The position numbers were made by a program, and so were the translations under genes. Below, in pieces: positions 29,201 to 44,960 of a stretch of 64,000 nt of DNA. Below the pieces are notes generated by a model. It saw only the letters and a program-made list of their open reading frames with translations. It was not told where the DNA came from and did no database searches. Every line of letters begins with the position of its first letter. The stretch's first letter is position 1. Source of the stretch: Eledone cirrhosa (Eukaryota); assembly GCA_964016885.1 (NCBI GenBank), contig OZ024750.1, positions 38,068,001 through 38,132,000 on the forward strand. The letters run 5' to 3'.

Positions 29201-32030
29201 ACCTGTACACTGTATGTGATGTACCATGAAGCTATAGCTAACCTGTACACTGTATGTGATGTACCATGAAGCTATGACTAACCTGTACACTGTATGTGAT
29301 GTACCATGAAGCTATGACTAACCTGTACACTGTATGTGATGTAGCATGAAGCTATTGCTAACCTGTACACTGTATGTGATGTACGATGAAGCTATGACTA
29401 ACCTGTACACTGTATGCGATGTACCATGAAGCTATAGCTAACCTATACACTCTATGTGATGTACCATGAAGCTATGACTAACCTGTACACTGTATGTGAT
29501 GTACCATGAAGCTATGGCTAACCTGTACACTGTATGTGATGTAACATGAAGCTATAGCTAACCTGTACACTGTATGTGATGTACCATGAAGCTATGACTA
29601 ACCTGTACACTGTATGTGATGTACCATGAAGCTATGACTAACCTGTACACTGTATGTGATTTACCATGAAGCTATGACTAACATGTACACTGTATGCGAT
29701 GTACCATGAAGCTATGACTAACCTATACACTGTATGTGATGTACCATGAAGCTATGACTAAACTTTACACTGTATGTGATGTACCATGAAGCTATGGCTA
29801 ACCTGTACACTGTATGTGATGTACCATGAAGCTATGGCTAACCTGTACACTGTATGTGATGTACCATGAAGTTATAGCTAATCTGTACACTGTATGTGAT
29901 GTAACATGAAGCTATAGCTAACCTGTACACTGTATGTGATGTACCATGAAGCTATGACTAACCTGTACACTGTATGTGATGTACCATGAAGCTATGACTA
30001 ACCTGTACACTGTATGTGATGTACCATGAAGCTATGGCTAACCTGTACACTGTATGTGATGTAACATGAAGCTATAGCTAACCTGTACACTGTATGTGAT
30101 GTACCATGAAGCTATGACTAACATGTACACTGTATGCGATGTACCATGAAGCTATGACTAACCTATACACTGTATGTGATGTACCATGAAGCTATGACTA
30201 AACTTTACACTGTATGTGATGTACCATGAAGCGATGGCTAACCTGTACACTGTATGTGATGTACCATGAAGCTATGGCTAACCTGTACACTGTATGTGAT
30301 GTACCATGAAGCTATGGCTAACCTGTACACTGTATGTGATGTACCATGAAGCTATGACTAACCTGTACACTGTATATGATGTACCATGAAGCTATGACTA
30401 ACATGTACACTGTATGCGATGTACCATGAAGCTATGACTAACCTGTACACTGTATGTGATGTACCATGAAGCTATAACTAACCTGTACACTGTATGTGAT
30501 GTACCATGAAGCTATGGGTAACCTCTACACTGTATGTGATGTACCATGAAGCTATGACTAACCTGTACACTGTATGTGATTTACCATGAAGCTATGACTA
30601 ACCTTTACACTGTATGTGATGTACCATGAAGCTTTGGCTAACATGTACACTGTATGTGATGTACCATGAAGCTATGACTAACCTGTACACTGTATGTGAT
30701 GTACCATGAAGCTATGGCTAACCTGTACACTGTATGTGATGAACCATGAAGCTATGACTAACCTGTACACTGTATGTGATGTTCCATGAAGCTATGACTA
30801 ACCTGTACACTGTATGTGATGTACCATGAAGCTATGGCTAACCTGTACACTGTATGTGATGTACCATGAAGCTATGACTAACTTGTATACTGTATATGAT
30901 GTACCATGAAGCTATGACTAACATGTACACTGTATGCGATGTACCATGAAGCTATGACTAACCTGTACACTGTATGTGATGTACCATGAAGCTATGACTA
31001 ACCTGTACACTGTATGTGATGTACCATGAAGCTATGGCTAACCTGTACACTGTATGTGATGTAACATGAAGTTATAGCTAACCTGTACACTGTATGTGAT
31101 GTACCATGAAGCTATGACTAACCTGTACACTGTATGTGATGTACCATGAAGCTATGACTAACCCGTACACTGTATGTGATGTAACATGAAGCTATAGCTA
31201 ACCTCTACACTGTATGTGATGTACCATGAAGCTATGATTAACCTGTACACTGTATGTGATGTACCATGAAGCTATAGCTAACCTATACACTGTATGTGAT
31301 GTACCATGAAGCTATGACTAATCTGTACACTGTATGTGATGTAACATGAAGCTATGGCTAACCTGTACACCGTATGTGATGTAACATGAAGCTATAGCTA
31401 ACCTGTACACTGTATGTGATGTACCATGAAGCTATGACTAACCTGTACACTGTATGTGATGTACCATGAAGCTATCACTAACCTGTACACTGTATGTGAT
31501 GTACCATGAAGCTATGACTAACCTGTACACTGTATGTGATGTACCATGAAGCTATGACTAACCTATACACTGTATTTGATGTACCATGAAGCTATGACTA
31601 ACCTTTACACTGTATGTGATGTACCATGAATTCTATGACTAACCTGTACACTCTATGTGATGTACCATGAAGCTATGACTAACCTATACACTGTATGTGA
31701 TGTACCATGAAGCTATGACTAACCTTTACACTGTATGTGATGTACCATGAAGCTATGGCTAACCTGTACACTGTATGTGATGTACCATGAAGCTATGGCT
31801 AACCTGTACACTGTATGTGATGTACCATGAAGTTATAGCTAATCTGTACACTGTATGTGATGTAACATGAAGCTATAGCTAACCTGTACACTGTATGTGA
31901 TGTACCATGAAGCTATGACTAACCTGTACACTGTATGTGATGTACCATGAAGCTATAGCTAACCTATACACTGTATGTGATGTACCATGAAGCTATGACT
32001 AACCTGTACACTGTATGTGATGTACCATGA
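25940..32030. repeat. ~2.9-3.1-kb imperfect tandem duplication with internal monomer-number changes
   Basis: Offset 2921 at taccatgaatct 26021/28942 and tagcatgaagctattgc 26421/29342. Offset 3121 at AAGCTT 27508/30629 and GAATTC 28507/31628. Confidence 0.78.
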
Positions 32031-35000
32031 AGCTATGACTAACCTATACACTGTATGTGATGTACCATGAAGCTATGACTAACCTGTACACTGTATGTGA
32101 TGTACCATGAAGCTATGACTAACATGTAACCTGTATGTGATGTACCATGAAGCTATGACTAACCTGTACACTGTATGTGATGTACCATGAAGCTATGCTA
32201 ACCTGTACACTGTATGTGATGTACCATGAAGCTATGGCTAACCTGTACAATGTATGTGATGTACCATGAAGCTATGACTAACCTATACACTGTATGTGAT
32301 GTACCATGAAGCTATGACTAACCTGTACACTGTCTGTGATGTACCATGAAGCTATGGCTAAACTGTACACTGTATGTGACTTACCATGAAGCTATGACTA
32401 ACCTGTACACTGTATGTGATTTACCATGAAGCTATGACTAACCTTTACACTGTATGTGATGTACCATGAAGCTTTGGCTAACATGTACACTGTATGTGAT
32501 GTACCATGAAGCTATGACTAACCTGTACACTGTATGTGATGTACGATGAAGCTATGGCTAACCTGTACACTGTATGTGATGAACCATGAAGCTATGACTA
32601 ACCTGTACACTGTATGTGATGTTCCATGAAGCTATGACTAACCTGTACACTGTATGTGATGTACCATGAAGCTATGGCTAAACTGTACACTGTATGTGAT
32701 GTACCATGAAGCTATGACTAACTTGTACACTGTATATGATGTACCATGAAGCTATGACTAACATGTACACTGTATGCGATGTACCATGAAGCTATGACTA
32801 ACCTGTACACTGTATGTGATGTACCATGAAGCTATGACTAACCTGTACACTGTATGTGATGTACCATGAAGCTATGGCTAACCTGTACACTGTATGTGAT
32901 GTAACATGAAGCTATAGCTAACCTGTACACTGTATGTGATGTACCATGAAGCTATGACTAACCTGTACACTGTATGTGATGTACCATGAAGCTATGACTA
33001 ACCCGTACACTGTATGTGATGTAACATGAAGCTATAGCTAACCTCTACACTGTATGTGATGTACCATGAAGCTATGATTAACCTGTACACTGTATGTGAT
33101 GTACCATGAAGCTATAGCTAACCTATACACTGTATGTGATGTACCATGAAGCTATGACTAATCTGTACACTGTATGTGATGTACCATGAAGCTATGGCTA
33201 ACCTGTACACCGTATGTGATGTAACATGAAGCTATAGCTAACCTGTACACTGTATGTGATGTACCATGAAGCTATGACTAACCTGTACACTGTATGTGAT
33301 GTACCATGAAGCTATCACTAACCTGTACACTGTATGTGATGTACCATGAAGCTATGACTAACCTGTACACTGTATGTGATGTACCATGAAGCTATGACTA
33401 ACCTATACACTGTATTTGATGTACCATGAAGCTATGACTAACCTTTACACTGTATGTGATGTACCATGAATTCTATGACTAACCTGTACACTCTATGTGA
33501 TGTACCATGAAGCTATGACTAACCTATACACTGTATGTGATGTACCATGAAGCTATGACTAACCTTTACACTGTATGTGATGTACCATGAAGCTATGGCT
33601 AACCTGTACACTGTATGTGATGTACCATGAAGCTATGGCTAACCTGTACACTGTATGTGATGTACCATGAAGTTATAGCTAATCTGTACACTGTATGTGA
33701 TGTAACATGAAGCTATAGCTAACCTGTACACTGTATGTGATGTACCATGAAGCTATGACTAACCTGTACACTGTATGTGATGTACCATGAAGCTATAGCT
33801 AACCTATACACTGTATGTGATGTACCATGAAGCTATGACTAACCTGTACACTGTATGTGATGTACCATGAAGCTATGACTAACCTATACACTGTATGTGA
33901 TGTACCATGAAGCTATGACTAACCTGTACACTGTATGTGATGTACCATGAAGCTATGACTAACATGTAACCTGTATGTGATGTACCATGAAGCTATGACT
34001 AACCTGTACACTGTATGTGATGTACCATGAAGCTATGCTAACCTGTACACTGTATGTGATGTACCATGAAGCTATGGCTAACCTGTACAATGTATGTGAT
34101 GTACCATGAAGCTATGACTAACCTATACACTGTATGTGATGTACCATGAAGCTATGACTAACCTGTACACTGTCTGTGATGTACCATGAAGCTATGGCTA
34201 AACTGTACACTGTATGTGACTTACCATGAAGCTATGACTAACCTGTACACTGTATGTGATTTACCATGAAGCTATGACTAACCTTTACACTGTATGTGAT
34301 GTACCATGAAGCTTTGGCTAACATGTACACTGTATGTGATGTACCATGAAGCTATGACTAACCTGTACACTGTATGTGATGTACGATGAAGCTATGGCTA
34401 ACCTGTACACTGTATGTGATGAACCATGAAGCTATGACTAACCTGTACACTGTATGTGATGTTCCATGAAGCTATGACTAACCTGTACACTGTATGTGAT
34501 GTACCATGAAGCTATGGCTAAACTGTACACTGTATGTGATGTACCATGAAGCTATGACTAACTTGTACACTGTATATGATGTACCATGAAGCTATGACTA
34601 ACATGTACACTGTATGCGATGTACCATGAAGCTATGACTAACCTGTACACTGTATGTGATGTACCATGAAGCTATGACTAACCTGTACACTGTATGTGAT
34701 GTACCATGAAGCTATGGCTAACCTGTACACTGTATGTGATGTAACATGAAGCTATAGCTAACCTGTACACTGTATGTGATGTACCATGAAGCTATGACTA
34801 ACCTGTACACTGTATGTGATGTACCATGAAGCTATGACTAACCCGTACACTGTATGTGATGTAACATGAAGCTATAGCTAACCTCTACACTGTATGTGAT
34901 GTACCATGAAGCTATGATTAACCTGTACACTGTATGTGATGTACCATGAAGCTATAGCTAACCTATACACTGTATGTGATGTACCATGAAGCTATGACTA

Positions 35001-36070
35001 ATCTGTACACTGTATGTGATGTACCATGAAGCTATGGCTAACCTGTACACCGTATGTGATGTAACATGAAGCTATAGCTAACCTGTACACTGTATGTGAT
35101 GTACCATGAAGCTATGACTAACCTGTACACTGTATGTGATGTACCATGAAGCTATCACTAACCTGTACACTGTATGTGATGTACCATGAAGCTATGACTA
35201 ACCTGTACACTGTATGTGATGTACCATGAAGCTATGACTAACCTATACACTGTATTTGATGTACCATGAAGCTATGACTAACCTTTACACTGTATGTGAT
35301 GTACCATGAATTCTATGACTAACCTGTACACTCTATGTGATGTACCATGAAGCTATGACTAACCTATACACTGTATGTGATGTACCATGAAGCTATGACT
35401 AACCTTTACACTGTATGTGATGTACCATGAAGCTATGGCTAACCTGTACACTGTATGTGATGTACCATGAAGCTATGGCTAACCTGTACACTGTATGTGA
35501 TGTACCATGAAGTTATAGCTAATCTGTACACTGTATGTGATGTAACATGAAGCTATAGCTAACCTGTACACTGTATGTGATGTACCATGAAGCTATGACT
35601 AACCTGTACACTGTATGTGATGTACCATGAAGCTATAGCTAACCTATACACTGTATGTGATGTACCATGAAGCTATGACTAACCTGTACACTGTATGTGA
35701 TGTACCATGAAGCTATGACTAACCTATACACTGTATGTGATGTACCATGAAGCTATGACTAACCTGTACACTGTATGTGATGTACCATGAAGCTATGACT
35801 AACATGTAACCTGTATGTGATGTACCATGAAGCTATGACTAACCTGTACACTGTATGTGATGTACCATGAAGCTATGCTAACCTGTACACTGTATGTGAT
35901 GTACCATGAAGCTATGGCTAACCTGTACAATGTATGTGATGTACCATGAAGCTATGACTAACCTATACACTGTTTTGTGATGTACCATGAAGCTATGACT
36001 AACCTGTACACTGTCTGTGATGTACCATGAAGCTATGGCTAAACTGTACACTGTATGTGACTTACCATGA
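30550..36070. repeat. 1840-bp (46-monomer) tandem triplication
   Basis: AAGCTT 30629/32469/34309, GAATTC 31628/33468/35308, gtacgatgaagctatggc 32541/34381. Confidence 0.92.
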
Positions 36071-37639
36071 AGCTATGGCTAACCTGTACACTGTATGTGA
36101 TGTACCATGAAGCTATGACTAACCTGTACACTGTATATGATGTACCATGAAGCTATGACTAACATGTACACTGTATGCGATGTACCATGAAGCTATGACT
36201 GACCTGTACACTGTATGTGATGTACCATGAAGCTATGACTAACCTGTACACTGTATGTGATGTACCATGAAGCTATGACTAACCTGTACACTGTATGTGA
36301 TGTACCATGAATCTATGGCTAACCTGTACACTGTATGTGATGTACCATGAAGCTATGACTAACCTATACACTGTATGTGATGTACCATGAAGCTATGACT
36401 AACCTGTACACCGTATGTGATGTACCATGAAGCTATAACTAACCTATACACTGTATGTGATGTACCATGAAGCTATGACTAACCTGTACACTGTATGTGA
36501 TGTACCATGAAGCTATGACTAACCTATACACTGTATGTGATGTACCATGCAGCTATGACTAATCTGTACACTGTATGTGATGTACAATGAAGCTATAGCT
36601 AACCTGTGCACTGTATGTGATGTACCATGAAGCTATGACTAACCTGTACACTGTATGTGATGTACCATGAAGCTATGACTAACCTGTACACTGTATGTGA
36701 TGTAGCATGAAGCTATTGCTAACCTGTACACTGTATGTGATGTACGATGAAGCTATGACTAACCTGTACACTGTATGCGATGTACCATGAAGCTATAGCT
36801 AACCTATACACTCTATGTGATGTACCATGAAGCTATGACTAACCTGTACACTGTATGTGATGTACCATGAAGCTATGGCTAACCTGTACACTGTATGTGA
36901 TGTAACATGAAGCTATAGCTAACCTGTACACTGTATGTGATGTACCATGAAGCTATGACTAACCTGTACACTGTATGTGATGTACCATGAAGCTATGACT
37001 AACCTGTACACTGTATGTGATTTACCATGAGGCTATGACTAACATGTACACTGTATGCGATGTACCATGAAGCTATGACTAACCTATACACTGTATGTGA
37101 TGTACCATGAAGCTATGACTAAACTTTACACTGTATGTGATGTACCATGAAGCTATGGCTAACCTGTACACTGTATGTGATGTACCATGAAGCTATGGCT
37201 AACCTGTACACTGTATGTGATGTACCATGAAGCTATGGCTAACCTGTACACTGTATGTGATGTACCATGAAGCTATGGCTAACCTGTACACTGTATGTGA
37301 TGTACCATGAAGTTATAGCTAATCTGTACACTGTATGTGATGTACCATGAAGCTATGACTAACCTGTACACTGTATGTGATGTACCATGAAGCTATAGCT
37401 AACCTATACACTGTATGTGATGTACCATGAAGCTATGACTAACCTGTACACTGTATTTGATGTACCATGAAGCTATTACTAACCTATACACTGTATGTGA
37501 TGTACCATGAAGCTATGACTAAACTTTACACTGTATGTGATGTACCATGAAGCTATGGCTAACCTGTACACTGTATGTGATGTACCATGAAGCTATGGCT
37601 AACCTGTACACTGTATGTGATGTACCATGAATCTATGAC

Positions 37640-40600
37640 TAAACTTTACACTGTATGTGATGTACCATGAAGCTATGGCTAACCTGTACACTGTATGTGA
37701 TGTACCATGAAGCTATGGCTAACCTGTACACTGTATGTGATGTACCATGAAGTTATAGCTAATCTGTACACTGTATGTGATGTAACATGAAGCTATAGCT
37801 AACCTGTACACTGTATGTGATGTACCATGAAGCTATGACTAACCTGTACACTGTATGTAATGTACCATGAAGCTATAGCTAACCTATACACTTTATGTGA
37901 TGTACCATCAAGCTATGACTAACCTGTACACTGTATGTGATGTACCATGAAGCTATGACTAACCTATACACTGTATGTGATGTACCATGAAGCTATGACT
38001 AACCTGTACACTGTATGTGATGTACCATGAAGCTATGACTAACATGTAACCTGTATGTGATGTACCATGAAGCTATGACTAACCTGTACACTGTATGTGA
38101 TGTACCATGAAGCTATGGCTAACCTGTACAATGTATGTGATGTACCATGAAGCTATGACTAACCTATACACTGTATGTGATGTACCATGAAGCTATGACT
38201 AACCTGTACACTGTCTGTGATGTACCATGAAGCTATGGCTAAACTGTACACTGTATGTGACTTACCATGAAGCTATGGCTAACCTGTACACTGTATGTGA
38301 TGTACCATGAAGCTATGACTAACCTGTACACTGTATATGATGTACCATGAAGCTATGACTAACATGTACACTGTATGCGATGTACCATGAAGCTATGACT
38401 GACCTGTACACTGTATGTGATGTACCATGAAGCTATGACTAACCTGTACACTGTATGTGATGTACCATGAAGCTATGACTAACCTGTACACTGTATGTGA
38501 TGTACCATGAATCTATGGCTAACCTGTACACTGTATGTGATGTACCATGAAGCTATGACTAACCTATACACTGTATGTGATGTACCATGAAGCTATGACT
38601 AACCTGTACACCGTATGTGATGTACCATGAAGCTATAACTAACCTATACACTGTATGTGATGTACCATGAAGCTATGACTAACCTGTACACTGTATGTGA
38701 TGTACCATGAAGCTATGACTAACCTATACACTGTATGTGATGTACCATGCAGCTATGACTAACCTGTACACTGTATGTGATGTACCATGAAGCTATAGCT
38801 AACCTGTACACTGTATGTGATGTACCATGAAGCTATGACTAACCTGTACACTGTATGTGATGTACCATGAAGCTATGACTAACCTGTACACTGTATGTGA
38901 TGTAGCATGAAGCTATTGCTAACCTGTACACTGTATGTGATGTACGATGAAGCTATGACTAACCTGTACACTGTATGCGATGTACCATGAAGCTATAGCT
39001 AACCTATACACTCTATGTGATGTACCATGAAGCTATGACTAACCTGTACACTGTATGTGATGTACCATGAAGCTATGGCTAACCTGTACACTGTATGTGA
39101 TGTAACATGAAGCTATAGCTAACCTGTACACTGTATGTGATGTACCATGAAGCTATGACTAACCTGTACACTGTATGTGATGTACCATGAAGCTATGACT
39201 AACCTGTACACTGTATGTGATTTACCATGAAGCTATGACTAACATGTACACTGTATGCGATGTACCATGAAGCTATGACTAACCTATACACTGTATGTGA
39301 TGTACCATGAAGCTATGACTAAACTTTACACTGTATGTGATGTACCATGAAGCTATGGCTAACCTGTACACTGTATGTGATGTACCATGAAGCTATGTCT
39401 AACCTGTACACTGTATGTGATGTACCATGAAGTTATAGCTAATCTGTACACTGTATGTGATGTAACATGAAGCTATAGCTAACCTGTACACTGTATGTGA
39501 TGTACCATGAAGCTATGACTAACCTGTACACTGTATGTGATGTACCATGAAGCTATGACTAACCTGTACACTGTATGTGATGTACCATGAAGCTATGGCT
39601 ATCATGTACACTGTATGTGATGTACCATGAAGCTATGGCTAACCTGTACACTGTATGTGATGTAACATGAAGCTATAGCTAACCTGTACACTGTATGTGA
39701 TGTACCATGAAGCTATGACTAACCTGTACACTGTATGTGATGTACCATGAAGCTATGGCTAACTTGTACACTGTATGTGATGTACCATGAAGCTATGGCT
39801 AACCTGTACACTGTATGTGATGTACCATGAAGCTATGACTAACCTGTACACTGTATATGATGTACCATGAAGCTATGACTAACATGTACACTGTATGCGA
39901 TGTACCATGAAGCTATGACTAACCTGTACACTGTATGTGATGTACCATGAAGCTATAACTAACCTGTACACTGTATGTGATGTACCATGAAGCTATAGGT
40001 AACCTCTACACTGTATGTGATGTACCATGAAGCTATGACTAACCTGTACACTGTATGTGATTTACCATGAAGCTATGACTAACCTTTACACTGTATGTGA
40101 TGTACCATGAAGCTTTGGCTAACATGTACACTGTATGTGATGTACCATGAAGCTATGACTAACCTGTACACTGTATGTGATGTACCATGAAGCTATGGCT
40201 AACCTGTACACTGTATGTGATGAACCATGAAGCTATGACTAACCTGTACACTGTATGTGATGTTCCATGAAGCTATGACTAACCTGTACACTGTATGTGA
40301 TGTACCATGAAGCTATGGCTAACCTGTACACTGTATGTGATGTACCATGAAGCTATGACTAACTTGTACACTGTATATGATGTACCATGAAGCTATGACT
40401 AACATGTACACTGTATGCGATGTACCATGAAGCTATGACTAACCTGTACACTGTATGTGATGTACCATGAAGCTATGACTAACCTGTACACTGTATGTGA
40501 TGTACCATGAAGCTATGGCTAACCTGTACACTGTATGTGATGTAACATGAAGCTATAGCTAACCTGTACACTGTATGTGATGTACCATGAAGCTATGACT

Positions 40601-43600
40601 AACCTGTACACTGTATGTGATGTACCATGAAGCTATGACTAACCCGTACACTGTATGTGATGTAACATGAAGCTATAGCTAACCTCTACACTGTATGTGA
40701 TGTACCATGAAGCTATGATTAACCTGTACACTGTATGTGATGTACCATGAAGCTATAGCTAACCTATACACTGTATGTGATGTACCATGAAGCTATGACT
40801 AATCTGTACACTGTATGTGATGTACCATGAAGCTATGGCTAACCTGTACACCGTATGTGATGTAACATGAAGCTATAGCTAACCTGTACACTGTATGTGA
40901 TGTACCATGAAGCTATGACTAACCTGTACACTGTATGTGATGTACCATGAAGCTATCACTAACCTGTACACTGTATGTGATGTACCATGAAGCTGTGACT
41001 AACCTGTACACTGTATGTGATGTACCATGAAGCTATGACTAACCTATACACTGTATTTGATGTACCATGAAGCTATGACTAACCTTTACACTGTATGTGA
41101 TGTACCATGAATTCTATGACTAACCTGTACACTCTATGTGATGTACCATGAAGCTATGACTAACCTATACACTGTATGTGATGTACCATGAAGCTATGAC
41201 TAACCTTTACACTGTATGTGATGTACCATGAAGCTATGGCTAACCTGTACACTGTATGTGATGTACCATGAAGCTATGGCTAACCTGTACACTGTATGTG
41301 ATGTACCATGAAGTTATAGCTAATCTGTACACTGTATGTGATGTAACATGAAGCTATAGCTAACCTGTACACTGTATGTGATGTACCATGAAGCTATGAC
41401 TAACCTGTACACTGTATGTAATGTACCATGAAGCTATAGCTAACCTATACACTTTATGTGATGTACCATCAAGCTATGACTAACCTGTACACTGTATGTG
41501 ATGTACCATGAAGCTATGACTAACCTATACACTGTATGTGATGTACCATGAAGCTATGACTAACCTGTACACTGTATGTGATGTACCATGAAGCTATGAC
41601 TAACATGTAACCTGTATGTGATGTACCATGAAGCTATGACTAACCTGTACACTGTATGTGATGTACCATGAAGCTATGGCTAACCTGTACAATGTATGTG
41701 ATGTACCATGAAGCTATGACTAACCTATACACTGTATGTGATGTACCATGAAGCTATGACTAACCTGTACACTGTCTGTGATGTACCATGAAGCTATGGC
41801 TAAACTGTACACTGTATGTGACTTACCATGAAGCTATGGCTAACCTGTACACTGTATGTGATGTACCATGAAGCTATGACTAACCTGTACACTGTATATG
41901 ATGTACCATGAAGCTATGACTAACATGTACACTGTATGCGATGTACCATGAAGCTATGACTGACCTGTACACTGTATGTGATGTACCATGAAGCTATGAC
42001 TAACCTGTACACTGTATGTGATGTACCATGAAGCTATGACTAACCTGTACACTGTATGTGATGTACCATGAATCTATGGCTAACCTGTACACTGTATGTG
42101 ATGTACCATGAAGCTATGACTAACCTATACACTGTATGTGATGTACCATGAAGCTATGACTAACCTGTACACCGTATGTGATGTACCATGAAGCTATAAC
42201 TAACCTATACACTGTATGTGATGTACCATGAAGCTATGACTAACCTGTACACTGTATGTGATGTACCATGAAGCTATGACTAACCTATACACTGTATGTG
42301 ATGTACCATGCAGCTATGACTAACCTGTACACTGTATGTGATGTACCATGAAGCTATAGCTAACCTGTACACTGTATGTGATGTACCATGAAGCTATGAC
42401 TAACCTGTACACTGTATGTGATGTACCATGAAGCTATGACTAACCTGTACACTGTATGTGATGTAGCATGAAGCTATTGCTAACCTGTACACTGTATGTG
42501 ATGTACGATGAAGCTATGACTAACCTGTACACTGTATGCGATGTACCATGAAGCTATAGCTAACCTATACACTCTATGTGATGTACCATGAAGCTATGAC
42601 TAACCTGTACACTGTATGTGATGTACCATGAAGCTATGGCTAACCTGTACACTGTATGTGATGTAACATGAAGCTATAGCTAACCTGTACACTGTATGTG
42701 ATGTACCATGAAGCTATGACTAACCTGTACACTGTATGTGATGTACCATGAAGCTATGACTAACCTGTACACTGTATGTGATTTACCATGAAGCTATGAC
42801 TAACATGTACACTGTATGCGATGTACCATGAAGCTATGACTAACCTATACACTGTATGTGATGTACCATGAAGCTATGACTAAACTTTACACTGTATGTG
42901 ATGTACCATGAAGCTATGGCTAACCTGTACACTGTATGTGATGTACCATGAAGCTATGGCTAACCTGTACACTGTATGTGATGTACCATGAAGTTATAGC
43001 TAATCTGTACACTGTATGTGATGTAACATGAAGCTATAGCTAACCTGTACACTGTATGTGATGTACCATGAAGCTATGACTAACCTGTACACTGTATGTG
43101 ATGTACCATGAAGCTATGACTAACCTGTACACTGTATGTGATGTACCATGAAGCTATGGCTATCATGTACACTGTATGTGATGTACCATGAAGCTATGGC
43201 TAACCTGTACACTGTATGTGATGTAACATGAAGCTATAGCTAACCTGTACACTGTATGTGATGTACCATGAAGCTATGACTAACCTGTACACTGTATGTG
43301 ATGTACCATGAAGCTATGGCTAACTTGTACACTGTATGTGATGTACCATGAAGCTATGGCTAACCTGTACACTGTATGTGATGTACCATGAAGCTATGAC
43401 TAACCTGTACACTGTATATGATGTACCATGAAGCTATGACTAACATGTACACTGTATGCGATGTACCATGAAGCTATGACTAACCTGTACACTGTATGTG
43501 ATGTACCATGAAGCTATAACTAACCTGTACACTGTATGTGATGTACCATGAAGCTATAGGTAACCTCTACACTGTATGTGATGTACCATGAAGCTATGAC

Positions 43601-44960
43601 TAACCTGTACACTGTATGTGATTTACCATGAAGCTATGACTAACCTTTACACTGTATGTGATGTACCATGAAGCTTTGGCTAACATGTACACTGTATGTG
43701 ATGTACCATGAAGCTATGACTAACCTGTACACTGTATGTGATGTACCATGAAGCTATGGCTAACCTGTACACTGTATGTGATGAACCATGAAGCTATGAC
43801 TAACCTGTACACTGTATGTGATGTTCCATGAAGCTATGACTAACCTGTACACTGTATGTGATGTACCATGAAGCTATGGCTAACCTGTACACTGTATGTG
43901 ATGTACCATGAAGCTATGACTAACTTGTACACTGTATATGATGTACCATGAAGCTATGACTAACATGTACACTGTATGCGATGTACCATGAAGCTATGAC
44001 TAACCTGTACACTGTATGTGATGTACCATGAAGCTATGACTAACCTGTACACTGTATGTGATGTACCATGAAGCTATGGCTAACCTGTACACTGTATGTG
44101 ATGTAACATGAAGCTATAGCTAACCTGTACACTGTATGTGATGTACCATGAAGCTATGACTAACCTGTACACTGTATGTGATGTACCATGAAGCTATGAC
44201 TAACCCGTACACTGTATGTGATGTAACATGAAGCTATAGCTAACCTCTACACTGTATGTGATGTACCATGAAGCTATGATTAACCTGTACACTGTATGTG
44301 ATGTACCATGAAGCTATAGCTAACCTATACACTGTATGTGATGTACCATGAAGCTATGACTAATCTGTACACTGTATGTGATGTACCATGAAGCTATGGC
44401 TAACCTGTACACCGTATGTGATGTAACATGAAGCTATAGCTAACCTGTACACTGTATGTGATGTACCATGAAGCTATGACTAACCTGTACACTGTATGTG
44501 ATGTACCATGAAGCTATCACTAACCTGTACACTGTATGTGATGTACCATGAAGCTATGACTAACCTGTACACTGTATGTGATGTACCATGAAGCTATGAC
44601 TAACCTATACACTGTATTTGATGTACCATGAAGCTATGACTAACCTTTACACTGTATGTGATGTACCATGAATTCTATGACTAACCTGTACACTCTATGT
44701 GATGTACCATGAAGCTATGACTAACCTATACACTGTATGTGATGTACCATGAAGCTATGACTAACCTTTACACTGTATGTGATGTACCATGAAGCTATGG
44801 CTAACCTGTACACTGTATGTGATGTACCATGAAGCTATGGCTAACCTGTACACTGTATGTGATGTACCATGAAGTTATAGCTAATCTGTACACTGTATGT
44901 GATGTAACATGAAGCTATAGCTAACCTGTACACTGTATGTGATGTACCATGAAGCTATGA
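37640..44960. repeat. 3561-bp (89-monomer) tandem duplication
   Basis: Offset 3561: tgtaccatca 37901/41462, tagcatgaagctattgc 38903/42464, AAGCTT 40110/43671, GAATTC 41109/44670. Confidence 0.9.
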
